From a virus (Duplodnaviria; Caudoviricetes), in the IMG/VR virus record IMGVR_UViG_3300006482_000009, positions 1 through 38,931 of that record: a stretch of DNA of 38,931 bases, one strand, 5' to 3'. The translations under genes and the position numbers were made by a program. Position 1 is the first letter of the stretch. Each line of letters begins with the position of its first letter. Shown here in pieces: positions 38,669 through 38,931 of the stretch. Under the pieces are notes generated by a model. That model was not told the DNA's origin and did not search any database. It saw only the letters and a list, made by a program, of their open reading frames with translations.

Positions 38669-38875
38669 CTACATTATATAGTATTTACTTTCTGTATTAT
38701 CAAATTGTTCTAGAATGACATCATTTGAGCCATATAAACGAGCTTCTATTTGTTCATCATCAACTTTATCAGCGCAAATCTCATTATATAGTTGCAAAGC
38801 TTCGTTGTATCCATATTCTTCGCTAAAGAACTCAATTCCTTTAATATCAGTCCAGCTAACTTTATATTCTTTCAT
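38669..38875 (-). CDS. Small acidic hypothetical protein
   Basis: RBS aaggagg; followed by hairpin gactagaga/tctctagtc. Confidence 0.75.
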   Translation of the reverse strand: MKEYKVSWTDIKGIEFFSEEYGYNEALQLYNEICADKVDDEQIEARLYGSNDVILEQFDNTESKYYIM

Positions 38876-38931
38876 TATATATCCTCCTTATTTTTTACTT
38901 GCTTATATATATGCAATAATTAATCAAGAGT

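Larger units (their letters stand above)
1..38931 (+). mobile_element. Partial temperate siphophage/prophage (end of early region, packaging, head, tail, lysis, morons)
   Basis: Canonical order: terminase, portal, MuF, scaffold, capsid, neck, tail tube, tape measure, Dit, Tal, fibres, holin, endolysin; no sheath gene. Ends and att sites not visible. Confidence 0.97.

Overview
AT-rich segment of a temperate siphophage/prophage of a spore-forming Clostridia host (probably Peptostreptococcaceae-like; inferred from gene families only). Almost all genes are on the + strand. Order: end of the early accessory region (Spo0E-like peptide, YejK/NA37-like nucleoid protein, MazG-like protein), RinA/ArpU-type late activator, a ~550 bp structured non-coding late leader with two tRNA-like elements, terminases, portal, five accessory ORFs including a tandem Tad2/DUF2829 protein, a MuF-like head protein with a C-terminal zincin domain, head and tail genes, lysis module, then moron genes. 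No integrase, repressor or replication genes lie in the window. The most intriguing signal is two copies of a quasi-palindromic site, C(G/A)CAAT-N8-ATTGCG. One lies in frame inside the last tail gene and one lies just after a terminator 3 kb downstream. Together they bracket a GH16 receptor-binding C-terminus, an O-acetyltransferase and a small ORF, which suggests a swappable host-range cassette. Family assignments come from motif recognition by eye, not database searches.
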